A stretch of 63,995 nucleotides of DNA, the filler included, from Sanchytrium tribonematis (taxonomy: Eukaryota): NCBI GenBank assembly GCA_018985235.1. It is 8 parts of 8 records of this genome, joined end to end, with 100 filler letters (N's around TTAATTAATTAA, not from the genome) between each part and the next. Parts side by side here need not be neighbours in the genome. Positions count along the whole stretch, not along the records: positions 1 to 5,349 come from JADGIG010000617.1; positions 5,450 to 32,037 come from JADGIG010000060.1; 6 more parts are not named here. The stretch is one strand, 5' to 3'. The notes below the pieces were generated by a model. It was not told the DNA's origin and did not search any database. It saw only the letters and a program-made list of their open reading frames with translations. A program made the translations under genes and the position numbers. Below are positions 1 through 11,359 of this stretch, in pieces. The first letter of the stretch is position 1; each line of letters starts with the position of its first letter.

Positions 1-157
1 CTGCCAAAGACTTGTGCTAAACCTGAAGGACTCGATAGTCTGTAATTCCACGCTCAGCACATTTAATTCTGGCTGGATCGACAGCGCCACAATTAGCTGT
101 AAAAGCTTCTTGCATTTGTGGAACGAATGCAAATAATGGAGCAGAAGTAATCAACAT
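1..157 (-). pseudogene. Partial or frameshifted third paralog of the secreted Cys-containing protein family (358-1029, 1644-2339)
   Basis: MLITSAPLFAFVPQMQEAFTANCGAVDPARIKC aligns with LVQQIDPFLEACGNNVEAARMQC and LVEQFNLNFIKHCGNSVEAARFRC. The frame stops at 17-19, near the window edge. Confidence 0.55.
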
Positions 158-357
158 AAAAAACGAGATGATGCTTCTATTTATCTTAAATTGTATTTCA
201 GGCCACTTTGTCAACATGACTTGAAATTGCAACATATAGCGACATTTGTCAATTTGCATTTCACGAAATGACGAATATCAACTATCTACATTATCTGGAT
301 GTGTTGTCGAGTCACATGAAGCACAATGTGATTAAATGTGAAATCAACTCATTTATT

Positions 358-1029
358 TCATTTTGATGCCCCTTCTTTAGGTCCAAAAGCCCACCATTTG
401 AAGAATTCAGGAAATTGTCCTGCCACCCAATTGAGTGGCGTGTATCCAGTCGCAATAAAGTACCCATGAAGTAGAAATTCCATGCATTTCTGATTGGCTT
501 GATCCACTGCTTTTGTGCCATGCATCACAAAAATGGGAAGTGTCACTATAGAAGTGGCAATTGAAAATGGAATCATCCAAAAGTAAATTCCAAGTCCTAC
601 CGCCACTACATAGATTCCAAAAAACCCTTTAAATGCTAATAAACTCTTTTCTCTTAAAAAATTGATGACTGGATCTTCTCTTTTTACAAGTCGATTGACT
701 CTTGAAGTATTCGGGCAGTAATCAACAAGTAAAGAAGATGATGACAAGGCACTTTCCTCACCCATTTGGGTCATTTCTGCTTCTTGAGATTCGCTTAATT
801 TTGGAAGTTCCCCATCAATAGGCAATTGCATTACTTCTTTAAACCACGCTTTACATTTTGCAATTGACTCTGGTGACATGATTTCATTTGTGCAACTTAA
901 TAATGCATTGAAATCTGCTTCTCTGGTACATTGCATTCTAGCTGCTTCCACGTTGTTTCCACAAGCCTCAAGAAATGGGTCAATTTGTTGTACTAATGTA
1001 GCCTGTAAAAGAGTTAATGTAGTCAACAT
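358..1029 (-). CDS. Secreted/membrane protein: signal peptide, Cys-containing pro-region, KR (Kex2-like) site, hydrophobic C-terminal helices
   Basis: N-terminus MLTTLTLLQA; LVKR|EDP motif; two hydrophobic stretches; clear paralog of 1644-2339; AATAAA directly after the stop. Confidence 0.75.
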   Translation of the reverse strand: MLTTLTLLQATLVQQIDPFLEACGNNVEAARMQCTREADFNALLSCTNEIMSPESIAKCKAWFKEVMQLPIDGELPKLSESQEAEMTQMGEESALSSSSLLVDYCPNTSRVNRLVKREDPVINFLREKSLLAFKGFFGIYVVAVGLGIYFWMIPFSIATSIVTLPIFVMHGTKAVDQANQKCMEFLLHGYFIATGYTPLNWVAGQFPEFFKWWAFGPKEGASK

Positions 1030-1424
1030 TGTCAGATATTTCACAGTGCCTTTTTATTCTTTTAGGTTTCAACAAAATGACACCATTTTTGATCATACGA
1101 TTGGAAATGTTGTCATCAATTTCACGCCATGACATCATGATTCAACAGGGTCACGACACTGCCAAAACATGGTACCAATTTCAAAATATCCATTTTAAAT
1201 TTAAAATAGCCAATGCAATACATTTAAGAGACAAAAGTCAAATGAATCATCAAAGTTTGAAATTTCTTGTCTTACTGTCATTCTATTGTGACGCTGTGAT
1301 GTCCTAGAGTCCAAACAAGCTACTCTTGTGTATTGATTTGAGTGAATTATAATAGGTTGACAGGGCTGCTAATTTCACAAAAGGAATTGGAAAATGTATA
1401 TAAACTGGAGATGAATTGTTTATT

Positions 1425-1628
1425 ATGCTCTTGTTTTACGCAGCATTATTATCAGCATTTCCAGGAACAGATGACTCAAAAAAAATTGCGGGAGGTCCTC
1501 AAAAGAAGCACCGACGTGGTCGCCATCATGGAAAATTTCGCCATCATAGTCATAGTCATCAGGATAAGCAGCGCCGTCACAATCAGATTATTCGAGAAGC
1601 TCTCCCAATCGGTAACACTCAGCAATAA
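1425..1628 (+). CDS. Small secreted His/Arg/Lys-rich peptide
   Basis: Signal-like MLLFYAALLSAFP followed by KKHRRGRHHGKFRHHSHSH; stop overlaps AATAAA (CAA TAA A). Confidence 0.6.
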   Translation: MLLFYAALLSAFPGTDDSKKIAGGPQKKHRRGRHHGKFRHHSHSHQDKQRRHNQIIREALPIGNTQQ

Positions 1629-1643
1629 ATCAAGTCACACGTT

Positions 1644-2339
1644 TTATTCAATTTCTTCTACTTTAGGTCCATTTTGCCACCAATCTAAAAATCCATCTAA
1701 TGGTGTTGCAAATCTCTCACCCAACCACATTAATGGTGCAAATCCAGTAGCAATAGAATATCCAATCAATAGAATATCTAAACATTGTCTGACTACAAAT
1801 TGATATTGATTTGTTCCAAAAAATAATAAAATGGGAAATGCCAACAATGAAGAAATAACACCAGCTGGAATATACCATAATACATATCCCAATTGAACTG
1901 CCATAAAATAAAGGCCAAATAATGTTTTAAATGCATGAAAACTCCATTCTCTTACAGATTTGACAATTTTAGGTTCTTCTCGCTTTCTTAAACTGGTTGT
2001 CGTTTGTTTTGGACAATGATCTGGGATCAATCTATCTGTGGAAGTGGCCATCATTCTACCAATCTCTTCAAATTGCGCTTTTTGTGCATCACTTAAAAGT
2101 GGCAAATTGTCTGTTGGTGCTTCTGCTGCTTCTTTTAACCACATTTTACAGCTATCTATATCTGATTGTTGCATACCATCATTAATACAAGTTAATATAT
2201 CATTCATTTCTGTCTCTCCATTACTTACACACCTAAATCGTGCTGCTTCGACTGAATTTCCACAATGCTTTATAAAGTTTAAATTGAATTGTTCTACTAA
2301 AGTAGCTAATAAAATAGATGTAATCATCAACATGAGCAT
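1644..2339 (-). CDS. Secreted/membrane protein, paralog of 358-1029
   Basis: Signal peptide, conserved Cys pattern, LRKR|EEP, hydrophobic C-terminal half ending WWQNGPK; stop overlaps AATAAA. Confidence 0.75.
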   Translation of the reverse strand: MLMLMITSILLATLVEQFNLNFIKHCGNSVEAARFRCVSNGETEMNDILTCINDGMQQSDIDSCKMWLKEAAEAPTDNLPLLSDAQKAQFEEIGRMMATSTDRLIPDHCPKQTTTSLRKREEPKIVKSVREWSFHAFKTLFGLYFMAVQLGYVLWYIPAGVISSLLAFPILLFFGTNQYQFVVRQCLDILLIGYSIATGFAPLMWLGERFATPLDGFLDWWQNGPKVEEIE

Positions 2340-2614
2340 GCAAGGTCATTTATTCTTTTTAATACATTTACATTTCAGGGCAATTGCCAATAATACGTCA
2401 TTTTGATTGCCAAAATTTAACAATGACGACATTCCAGTCAAGTTATGACGACATCTAGATATTACTTGAAATTTATGGCTATATTTCTCTGCACGGTTGC
2501 TTAATGAGCTAATTTGTTTATCATTTCAGAGATCCAATCAATTTGTGACATTAAATGACGCAGACTCTGTTTTTTATATTGGTACCATTTATAATCAGTC
2601 AACATTCCTTCCAT

Positions 2615-2782
2615 ATGATGTTCTTTTACATGACAATCTTACTTGCGTTTCCTTCATTTAAAAAACCAATTAAAGGACCACACCCTTACAAAGGACCAAG
2701 TCATCCTGGTAAAGGTGGACGTCATCCAAAAAAACCACAACCTTACAAAGGCCCAAGTCGACATCTTGATAATAAATTATGA
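2615..2782 (+). CDS. Small secreted Lys/Pro/His-rich peptide with PYKGPS repeats
   Basis: MMFFYMTILLAFP signal resembles that of 1425-1628; PYKGPS occurs twice; AATAAA just before the stop. Confidence 0.55.
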   Translation: MMFFYMTILLAFPSFKKPIKGPHPYKGPSHPGKGGRHPKKPQPYKGPSRHLDNKL

Positions 2783-3316
2783 TGCGTTGAATCAAATCTC
2801 ACAGAATGCAAGTGATACTACGGTTGAGGGAATTTTATATCTCTTTAAGTCAGCTAGAGCAGTAGGATAGTTTTAATCGTAGCTCTGTGTTTGTTTTGAC
2901 GAATGCCATTTAAACACTGCCACGTACCCAATAATCAAACGAGTGTCTCCTAAAATATGGCAGGTCCATCATTAGAGCACATGATGAATTTGATTAATTG
3001 TTTCAAAATGCAATTAGAGGCAATTCAGTTCAGAAGTAATTTCATTTACCAGATTGCCTTTGTTATTAATTAATAGGTAAATGAAGACTTGCCATACAAA
3101 CAATTATTGTCACGTGGACCATACATCGACTCCGATATTGGTCAGCAAGCATCACCCCAGCGTCATCGCAGGTTCTGATTGGTGCTTAAAATTTTGCCAG
3201 CAAGACGCCCAATCTCGTTGGCACATAAATAGAGACCATCCGACTGTCGCCAAATGCAATCTCAGTATATTCTGGTTATCAATAAAGGCGTACATATTCT
3301 ACCTAGTGATCATTTA

Positions 3317-3667
3317 ATGACACGTCACCCACAATCCAGATGTATGCAAATTCCTCATAAATTGACTGCAAAACTACTCAAGTATATCAAGCCCAAATTG
3401 ATCCCATTGGTTCTCAAACTGATTTGCTTATATCAGCTGAATGCTGAGCATGTTGCATTGGCGATAGAATACTATAAAATGTTGGATTGTGTGAGATCAC
3501 AAAAACACAAGATTATCGTATCTCTTTATTTGGCACTCAAAGTCAATCATGACTGCGTGATTAAAAGTAAAGCATGGGCTAAAGAATGCGGTATATCCAA
3601 TATCAAATTGAATGAATTAGAAATGATTTTATTGAAATTACTTGATTTCAACGTATATTTAAGATGA
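3317..3667 (+). CDS. Minimal PHO80/Pcl-type cyclin (cyclin box only)
   Basis: Motif IVSLYLALKVNHDCVIKSKAWAKECGISNIKLNELEMILLKLLDFNV matches the Pcl/PHO80 cyclin box. Confidence 0.75.
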   Translation: MTRHPQSRCMQIPHKLTAKLLKYIKPKLIPLVLKLICLYQLNAEHVALAIEYYKMLDCVRSQKHKIIVSLYLALKVNHDCVIKSKAWAKECGISNIKLNELEMILLKLLDFNVYLR

Positions 3668-3814
3668 ATAGACATGCTGTAAGCTACAAATAGTATTGGG
3701 ACTGGTAGGAACTTAATAAATCATTCTTTAATGGTCCTATTTACATGTTATTCAGTTGGTGCGCGTCTGTTTTTGCACATAAAAACACGGAGAAGTCTCT
3801 GAAACCCAATTTGC

Positions 3815-4772
3815 ATGACGATGATCGCAGGTAAATACAGATTGGGAAGGAAATTGGGCAGTGGATCATTTGGTGAGATCTATCTAGGCACTAATGTAGT
3901 CACTGGTGAAGAAGTAGCGATTAAAATGGAGTCTATACGTGCTCGCCATCCACAATTAGAATACGAAGCCAGAGTCTACAGATCATTAGCAGGTGGGGTG
4001 GGAATCCCATTTGTAAGATGGTATGGTCAAGAAGCAGAATATAATGCCATGGTCATAGATTTATTAGGCCCGAGTCTAGAAGATTTGTTTAATTATTGTA
4101 ATCGTAAATTTAGTTTGAAAACTGTTCTATTGCTCGCGGATCAAATGATTTCCAGAGTCGAATATATCCATTCTAAAAATTTCATTCACAGAGACATCAA
4201 ACCTGATAATTTCTTGATGGGACTCGGTAGAAGAGCCAATTTGGTCAATTTAATTGATTTTGGTCTGGCTAAGAAATACAGAGATCCTAGAACCCATTTA
4301 CACATCCCCTATAGAGAAAATAAGAATTTAACAGGTACTGCTCGATATGCGTCCATTAATACGCATTTGGGTGTTGAACAAGCTAGAAGAGACGATATGG
4401 AATCTTTGGGATATATGATGATGTATTTCTGTAGGGGCAGTCTGCCGTGGCAAGGATTAAAAGCAGCCACTAAAAAACAAAAATATGACAGAATTATGGA
4501 AAAGAAAATGACGACGCCCACAGAAGTCCTTTGCAGGGGATTTCCTAAAGAATTCACAGTGTATCTAAATTATTGTAAAGGATTGAGATTTGATGATAGA
4601 CCCGATTATGCGTATTTGCGTAGATTGTTTCGAGAATTATTCATTAAAGAAGGATTTAGTTATGATTATATATTTGACTGGACTATAATGAAATACGAAC
4701 GAGATGGAGAGAAAGGGTAATTTATATTTATTTAGAACACCTGAAGCACCTGTACAGCAACCACAGGAATAA
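3815..4772 (+). CDS. HRR25: Casein kinase I (HRR25/CK1 delta-epsilon type); exons 3815-4716 and 4736-4772
   Basis: [27 protein letters not shown] and [10 protein letters not shown] motifs. Removing the 19-nt intron gives the C-terminus [13 protein letters not shown], whose stop overlaps AATAAA. Confidence 0.95.
4717..4735 (+). other. 19-nt spliceosomal intron
   Basis: gtaatttatatttatttag; same length and 3' end as the other tiny introns. Confidence 0.75.
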
Positions 4773-4981
4773 ATAAATTCATTGTTTTTTAAACACAAAA
4801 TTGCAATTGATTTGCAAGTCGTGTCGTTTGGTTGAATGCGTACCAAGTATTCATATGAATTATCTGACTGGTTACAGAAAACAAAAGTTTAATATAAAAG
4901 CAATGAAAATGTCTCGCACCAATCATCGTTTCATTAATTTAGACGTAAAAGTCTATTTAAACCTCCACATCGCTCAAAATT

Positions 4982-5349
4982 ATGTTGATGATCCAAATTG
5001 TATTAAGTGCTTCTCTGAATGTCTGTTGGAATTGGGGTTATTATTATTTGCAAAGAGGCATGTTGAGTTCTGACAATTATTACAACTGGATTTCAGATTG
5101 TTGTGTATATGGTGCCCAACCAGCTCATTTAATTTTGGGAGATCCTTCTAAAAGCAAGACACCTGTAAATACAGGTCCATTGACCATTCCATTAAATATT
5201 CCAAATTCTGCAGTGAATGAAAATAGCAATGTGGTTTTAGCTTCTTCAATTTACAAAAATGCAAAAGGACATCGTGTTTATCGATATCAACGCACTATTT
5301 GTCTTAAATCAATTGTAAATTCAAATAACAAGGAAAAAGATTTCCAAAA
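4982..5349 (+). CDS. Hypothetical secreted protein, truncated by contig end
   Basis: Signal-like N-terminus MLMIQIVLSA; frame open to the gap. Confidence 0.5.
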
Positions 5350-5449
5350 NNNNNNNNNNNNNNNNNNNNNNNNNNNNNNNNNNNNNNNNNNNNTTAATTA
5401 ATTAANNNNNNNNNNNNNNNNNNNNNNNNNNNNNNNNNNNNNNNNNNNN
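5350..5449. other. Artificial contig spacer; others at 32038-32137, 37476-37575, 42911-43010, 48339-48438, 53766-53865, 59173-59272
   Basis: Identical 100-nt N44-TTAATTAATTAA-N44 blocks carrying stops in all six frames. Confidence 0.98.
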
Positions 5450-6170
5450 ATTTTCATTCCAGATCTATCTGTGATTGAACATTTGATCTTTTTTGGTATT
5501 TTAAAGGGGTTAGAATTGAAAACAGCAAAATCGCAAGCAGATGCTGCTTTATTACACGCTCAATTGAATGGATTTCAAAAGCGATTCCCTAATAAATTAA
5601 GTGGAGGAGAGAAGAGAAGAGTGTCTATTAGTATGGCAAATGTGAATAATCCATCTTTAATCTTTTTAGATGAACCAACGACGGGATTGGATCCAGAAGT
5701 TTTTTTGATTTATTTAGGTGCGTAGATGTATTTGGACAATGATTGAAGAAATGAAAAAGACATCTACTGTCATTTTAACCACTCATAATTTGGAAGAAGC
5801 AGAATATTTGTGTCATAAAATTGGAATCTTTGTGCGTGGTCAATTTAAATGTTTAGGGACATTGCAACGATTAAAACAGTTGTATGGCAGTGGATACCAC
5901 ATCACATTAAGTGTAGATAAATTAAAAGTTGAAAATGTCAAGAAAGAATTAACCAACATCTTTGAGGGATCTGAATACAAATTTGTAGATAATTTTGAGA
6001 ATTTGATTAATTTACAAGTCTCTTATTCAAAAGGATGTTTAACCAAATGGTTTAATTTGTTGGAATTGGCTAGACAAAACAAAACAGGGATTATTGATTT
6101 TGGTATTTCTCAAACGAGTTTAGAAGATGTCTTTTTGAGATTAGTTAGTGAGAGTGAAGCAGCTGCTTAA
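5450..6170 (+). CDS. ABCA-subfamily transporter, C-terminal NBD (5' part missing); 19-nt intron at 5699-5717
   Basis: LSGGEKRR signature; spliced [43 protein letters not shown]-terminal motif. Confidence 0.92.
5699..5717 (+). other. 19-nt spliceosomal intron
   Basis: gtttttttgatttatttag; removal joins two ORFs into the conserved [13 protein letters not shown] motif. Confidence 0.88.
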
Positions 6171-6242
6171 TAAATATATTCATGGCGTATTTTTAAAATT
6201 CATACGTGGTTTAAATTTGAGAAAATACATCGCCATTGTCTT

Positions 6243-8213
6243 TTATTGAATACAAATTGGATGCGAATGTCCATTTCTGATTCCAAATTTAAAGAAATTT
6301 AAAATCGATACAATGTTATGCTTTCCTTCCTGTTTAGCCAAATCAAATACGGTTTTTTCTCCATTATTTTTAGCATTTAAAGTGCTCATTGCCATATTCA
6401 TTTCCCCCTTTACAATAGGGTGATCAAAACAGCATTTGCGAATCATCGGATTTAAATTACTTGCTTGTGTTGTTTCCAAACATCCAAAAATGTACCGAAG
6501 CATTATTGTGAATATTTCTTCATTGTTAATAGCATTCATTAATGCAGTATATCCATGCGTATTTTGAATTTGAAAATATTCGATATCTGGCTTTAAATCC
6601 AAGAAATACGTTATACATTCCAAATTCTCAGCACTTGCGCAAAAATGCATTACAGTATAGCCACAGTCATCCGCAATAAATGGAACTAGAGTACCGCCGG
6701 ATATTCTGGATCTAATCCATTGATTGATTATTGAATTTTTGTCGAAATCAGATAATTCTTGAATCATAAACATGTTTGAAATAGCAGGCTGAAGTCTGTG
6801 TTGTTTTGATTTTATCTGTAACCATTTGTTTCCATCAGATTCTCTGGCTATGTTTGTTTTTGAAAGTAATAGATGAATTTTGTGATACGTCTTGAAATGA
6901 ACTCCATTTTGAATGGCTGTATTGTCAAATGCCACTTCCCCAAAACGAGTTAAAAATTTCGCCAAAACTTTAATGGAAGGAAATTCAGTCATTATTAATT
7001 GGAGATATGACCCAACTATGCGACTTGTAATCTTTTTGTCAATATCATAATTCATAATGAGCAACGAAACTTTGTCAATTCCCATTATTAATGAATGATG
7101 TAAAATTGTCATTTCATTATTGTCCTGTGCATTTATCATTGGTTTTTTATTATATTCAAAATATAATTTCAACACTTTGAAGGTGTGGTTTGGATCTTCT
7201 ATACCGGCTATGGCCTTGTGCATCGGCGTTTGTAAATTTGAATTAATTGGATTTAAATTCAAATTTGGCTGAACCAGCAAGTGGCCCATGAATTCGAGAT
7301 TGCGATTTTGCATTGCCAAATGTAGAATAGTGTCTTTTTCATTATTTGCAACATTTAAATCTGGCCTAAATTGAATTATAAATTGAAAAGAAAAGGAAAT
7401 AATTTCTAAATTATTTTCAAAAGTTAACAGGTGAAGTGGTGTATCTCCCTGGTGATTCTGTGCATTAATTTGATTTTCTTCTACTATATCATAAACTATT
7501 TGAAGTGCATATGGGTTTCTAATTGCTGCATGAATTAAATTATTCCCATTTTCATCCAATTGGTGGAAATTGTAGCGTCTTTGTTGCTGTATTTCAATAA
7601 ACGTCGGTAAATAATCCGGGTAATTTACAATACAGTCATGAATAATGGGATAATTGTCAAATGCGGCAATCCATTTACGATTTGGATGCTCAATTGCCTT
7701 TTTCCAAATTTCTCTATAATTAAATCCAAATTGCAATAGCCATTTCAAATCTTCTAATTTGTTATTTTTTACCAAATAATCATAATATTCATTATTAAAT
7801 TGCCCAAGTCTTATAAAATCTGTGAGTTCTGGACTCAGTTGATATTCGAGAAATTTCAGAGTAGCACGAGAGAATGGCAATTTTTCATCAGAATCTTTCA
7901 GTTTAACGTTTGCATGTAAAGTAAGCAGCAAATAAACAGCAGGCAAATTTGATTTCTCTGCAGCCATATGTAATGCACTGGTTTCTAAATTGTCACGCAC
8001 CCTCACAAGACCATTGACCTCTGGGTGTTTATCGAATACCAGTTTTAATATTTCTCTGGATTCACCCATTGTCGCAAATACCACATCTTCTGCAGTTGGA
8101 TTTGTTGGAGTTTGTAAGATTTCTCTAACTCGCTCTACATCTTGTTGTTCGATGCAATCAGTCAAAGTCTGACAATTGGCAAATATTACATTCCATAGCA
8201 AGTACATCAACAT
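6243..8213 (-). CDS. Ankyrin-repeat protein with short signal-like N-terminus
   Basis: Multiple GDTPLH/DTILH/QTPMH/GYTALM repeats; N-terminus MLMYLLWNVIFANC. Confidence 0.88.
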   Translation of the reverse strand: MLMYLLWNVIFANCQTLTDCIEQQDVERVREILQTPTNPTAEDVVFATMGESREILKLVFDKHPEVNGLVRVRDNLETSALHMAAEKSNLPAVYLLLTLHANVKLKDSDEKLPFSRATLKFLEYQLSPELTDFIRLGQFNNEYYDYLVKNNKLEDLKWLLQFGFNYREIWKKAIEHPNRKWIAAFDNYPIIHDCIVNYPDYLPTFIEIQQQRRYNFHQLDENGNNLIHAAIRNPYALQIVYDIVEENQINAQNHQGDTPLHLLTFENNLEIISFSFQFIIQFRPDLNVANNEKDTILHLAMQNRNLEFMGHLLVQPNLNLNPINSNLQTPMHKAIAGIEDPNHTFKVLKLYFEYNKKPMINAQDNNEMTILHHSLIMGIDKVSLLIMNYDIDKKITSRIVGSYLQLIMTEFPSIKVLAKFLTRFGEVAFDNTAIQNGVHFKTYHKIHLLLSKTNIARESDGNKWLQIKSKQHRLQPAISNMFMIQELSDFDKNSIINQWIRSRISGGTLVPFIADDCGYTVMHFCASAENLECITYFLDLKPDIEYFQIQNTHGYTALMNAINNEEIFTIMLRYIFGCLETTQASNLNPMIRKCCFDHPIVKGEMNMAMSTLNAKNNGEKTVFDLAKQEGKHNIVSILNFFKFGIRNGHSHPICIQ

Positions 8214-8349
8214 GTCAATCGTGTTTGACCCTGTTCCTTTTAACAGGATTGCTGTACAATCTTGTGTTTAATTTTTACCAATGAAATGGTCAGACAAAAA
8301 CACAACATCGTACAATCTGCTACATCATTTGTTATCACTATTTATTGAT

Positions 8350-10246
8350 TCAATATCGCATACGCAACAATCCCTTTGCAATATCCAATGCTTGTTTTGA
8401 ACCAGGATGCTGACATTGTTTTATTGCAAATATCTTCTCTTTACTTTTATTTTTAGCATTTATTGCAGCCAATGCCATTTCAACATGATCATGATACTGT
8501 ATACACCCTACAATATAGTTTAATAATACAACAAGTACATCTGCATGATCACAACTCATCATTAATGCCGTATTTCGTTGATTATTTTGAATTTGCAATT
8601 GGGGATGAAATTGAATAAAATATTGAATACATTCTAAATTGCCCAATTGTGCACATAAATGCATGACATTGTTGTTTTCAGTGTCATGTGCAAATATATC
8701 CAGTGATTGTTCAATAAATCGTTGTTGCATCCAAATTTGTACGATTTGAAATGCATTTAGAGATGGATAGCGTTGAGTTATTTGAATGTGTTGTAGATAG
8801 TAGTAGATTTTATGATAAGATGCATCATTTGCAGCAATTGAAATGGCATTAACATCCAATGGCAAATCGGGGAAATGTTTGATAAATTTTGAGAATAATT
8901 GAAATGGAAATGGATGTGTGATCAATTGCTGTAGATATGAGACTCCATTTCCATTTAAGATGGTTGGATTCAATGGATAATTTAATAATATGTTGATTAC
9001 ATTCATATAACCATGTTTTATTGCCAAATGCAATACCGTGTCACCTGATTGATCTGGTGTATTCAAATCTGGATGTGGGTTGTATTTAAGATAGATTTGG
9101 ATGGATTCCATAATGAGATGCTCTAGCTTACCAGGTTCTGAAACTGCTAAATGCAAAGGTGTTTGTTGATGGTGATTTAATTTGGTTAATAGTCGTGAAT
9201 CGACACGATGAATGATTTGAAGCAATTCATTTGGCTTTGAAATGGCTACATGTACTAATGTATTGCCATTTACATCCAATTGGTTAAAATTGTAGTTTGG
9301 AATTCTTTGGATTAATTCAGGCAAATAAGACGGGAGTCGCTTTATGCAAACATGCATAATTGGGGAATTATAAAAGGATCTAAGCCATTTGGGATCTGGT
9401 TGGTCCATTGCTTTGATCCAATTACCTTGAAATGTAAAACCAAATTGCAATAAATATTGCAAATCAAGTAATTTATCATTGGCTACTAAACATGTGTGCC
9501 ACTCCAATTCATTAAATATCAAATATTTAATAATCATTCCATTATCAATCCATATTCTATCTTATTTAGCGTATTAATGAGTATTTGTTACTGTTCTAGT
9601 CAATTCTTGAGCAATACGGGTCTAAAATCCATTCCTGTGAGTGTAGCCACATTAATTCGACGATCTAATGTCTTATTTGGTGTATTTTATGGCGTAGTCA
9701 TTTTTAATGAGTCATTGGATATTTACAGTATATGTGGCTGTTTGTGCATTATCGGTGTCGTATTGATATTGGCATATGAACAATATACCCATCAACGAGC
9801 TGCATTTTCATTGATATAGGCTATTCTGGAATAGGGACTGGTGTCTTTTTTACCCATATTCTTAAAAATTCCAATTTTGTATAGTCTTGTGGGATCTTGC
9901 CATGGTTGTCTTGAATGGTAGTAGATGCGCCATTTTGGAGTAGTAGAAAGACGGCTACAATCCTAGTATTTCGTACTGCGAGGTGTAATGGTGTACCAGG
10001 GTGTTTTTTGAAATGTTTTAATTGATGGATATTGATATCAATTCGGGGAACATTCAATACCATATCCAATATAGTGATGGATTCACCTTGTGCTGCATAA
10101 TGTAATGCGGCATATCCATTTGAACCCAATTGGTTGATATCCAAATCTGTATTTTGCAAGTAGGATGAAACCTGAGTCGGATTCTGTTGAATGATGCATT
10201 CATTTAAAGAATTGCAAGATGCGAATGATAATGGGATGAGCCACAT
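8350..10246 (-). pseudogene. Ankyrin-repeat paralog of 6243-8213 interrupted by a 304-bp insertion
   Basis: ORFs 9821-10246 and 8350-9537 align with consecutive parts of 6243-8213. Removing 304 bp between two CCATATTCT repeats restores EFLRIWIDNGMIIKY in frame. Confidence 0.8.
9559..9853 (+). pseudogene. Captured fragment of an EamA/DMT-family transporter C-terminus
   Basis: GLKSIPVSVATLIRRSNVLFGVFYGVVIFNESLDIYSICGCLCIIG is a typical EamA C-terminal pattern; no start codon. Confidence 0.7.
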
Positions 10247-10489
10247 TGATTTGAGATGGGGGCTGGATTCTTTTAACTTGCATTTATTGCGAATAAATTG
10301 CGACAGAACTGCGAATAAATTGCGACAGATTCGTGCACGTGTGCAAAAATCAAGATCATGGGACACTTTCATTGCTAATTGGATTAGCTAATCGAGTCAC
10401 ATGGGAACTCATTTGATAAAAGATTGCGAATATGATGAAATTAACAATTAAAAACTTTATCGTGGAAGTCTGCAATACTTCAAATTTAT

Positions 10490-11283
10490 TTAAAAATCAA
10501 AAGGGCATGCAGAATCTGGTAACTTGTAATAATCTGAACTATATTTTTGACATTTATAACCAGTTTTAGTTGAAATTGCATTTCTACTACAATATCCCAT
10601 TTCTTTATCACTTTTTGAATAACAATATCGATGGTAAAAATCACATTGCTTAATTTTACCATTTTGATCTTTTCCACATGGGAAACAATAACTATATTTG
10701 TGAGAACACAGTTGTTCCATGCTTAATGATGTAGGTTTCTTAGTGCATTTACCTGTAGAATCACCATCATTGATTTTACAAAATGGTGCTTCAAATGGAC
10801 ATGATTTGTTTTTGTCACAAGTAATTGGACAAATTTCTGGGTTGCTAAATTTTGAACATTGAAGATCTTTTTTAACCCATGCAGCACACCCCCAACCTAA
10901 CCAATAATCATATACGCAATACGGTTGATATAACTGACAATAGACTGGACCATCATTCCAGAATCCACATTGACCCGTATAGTTTGCTATATACGGTCCA
11001 TCATAGTCATTGAATTCGTTATCATATGAATCTTTTTCGTCAACGCACTTCCCTGTTTTAATGCTGCATAGTCGATCCTTGCTACAAAATTTCTTAATGC
11101 CATTCTGATCTCCACAGGTGCCATCATCTTGACAATCTCCTTGACTTGCACGTGGTTGACATCTTGTTTTATACCACTCATTGGTTCTACAATATCCCCA
11201 TAAACTACAATATCCCTCACAAATGGTATTGTTGTTTTGCCATCCGCACAATGCACCATTTTCCTTAACAACAGGAAGTTTGG
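10490..11283 (-). CDS. Cys-rich hevein/CBM18-like chitin-binding repeat protein; 5' end replaced by the LINE tail
   Basis: CGWQNNNTICEGYCSLWGYC hevein pattern plus further CG...C...YC repeats. The frame runs up to the LINE poly(A) with no ATG. Confidence 0.7.
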
Positions 11284-11359
11284 TTTTTTTTTAATAATAA
11301 TAGTTTATTTGATTGATGGGAGCTGTCAACACAGCATTTCCATCAATTTGATGAGTCAG

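Noticed and set aside
5350..5449. Recurring TTAATTAATTAA palindrome in N-runs, and ORFs running through X residues
   Set aside because: Artificial contig linker. Genes on either side, e.g. the CBM48-RT and the caspase-MBL gene, are not demonstrably linked.
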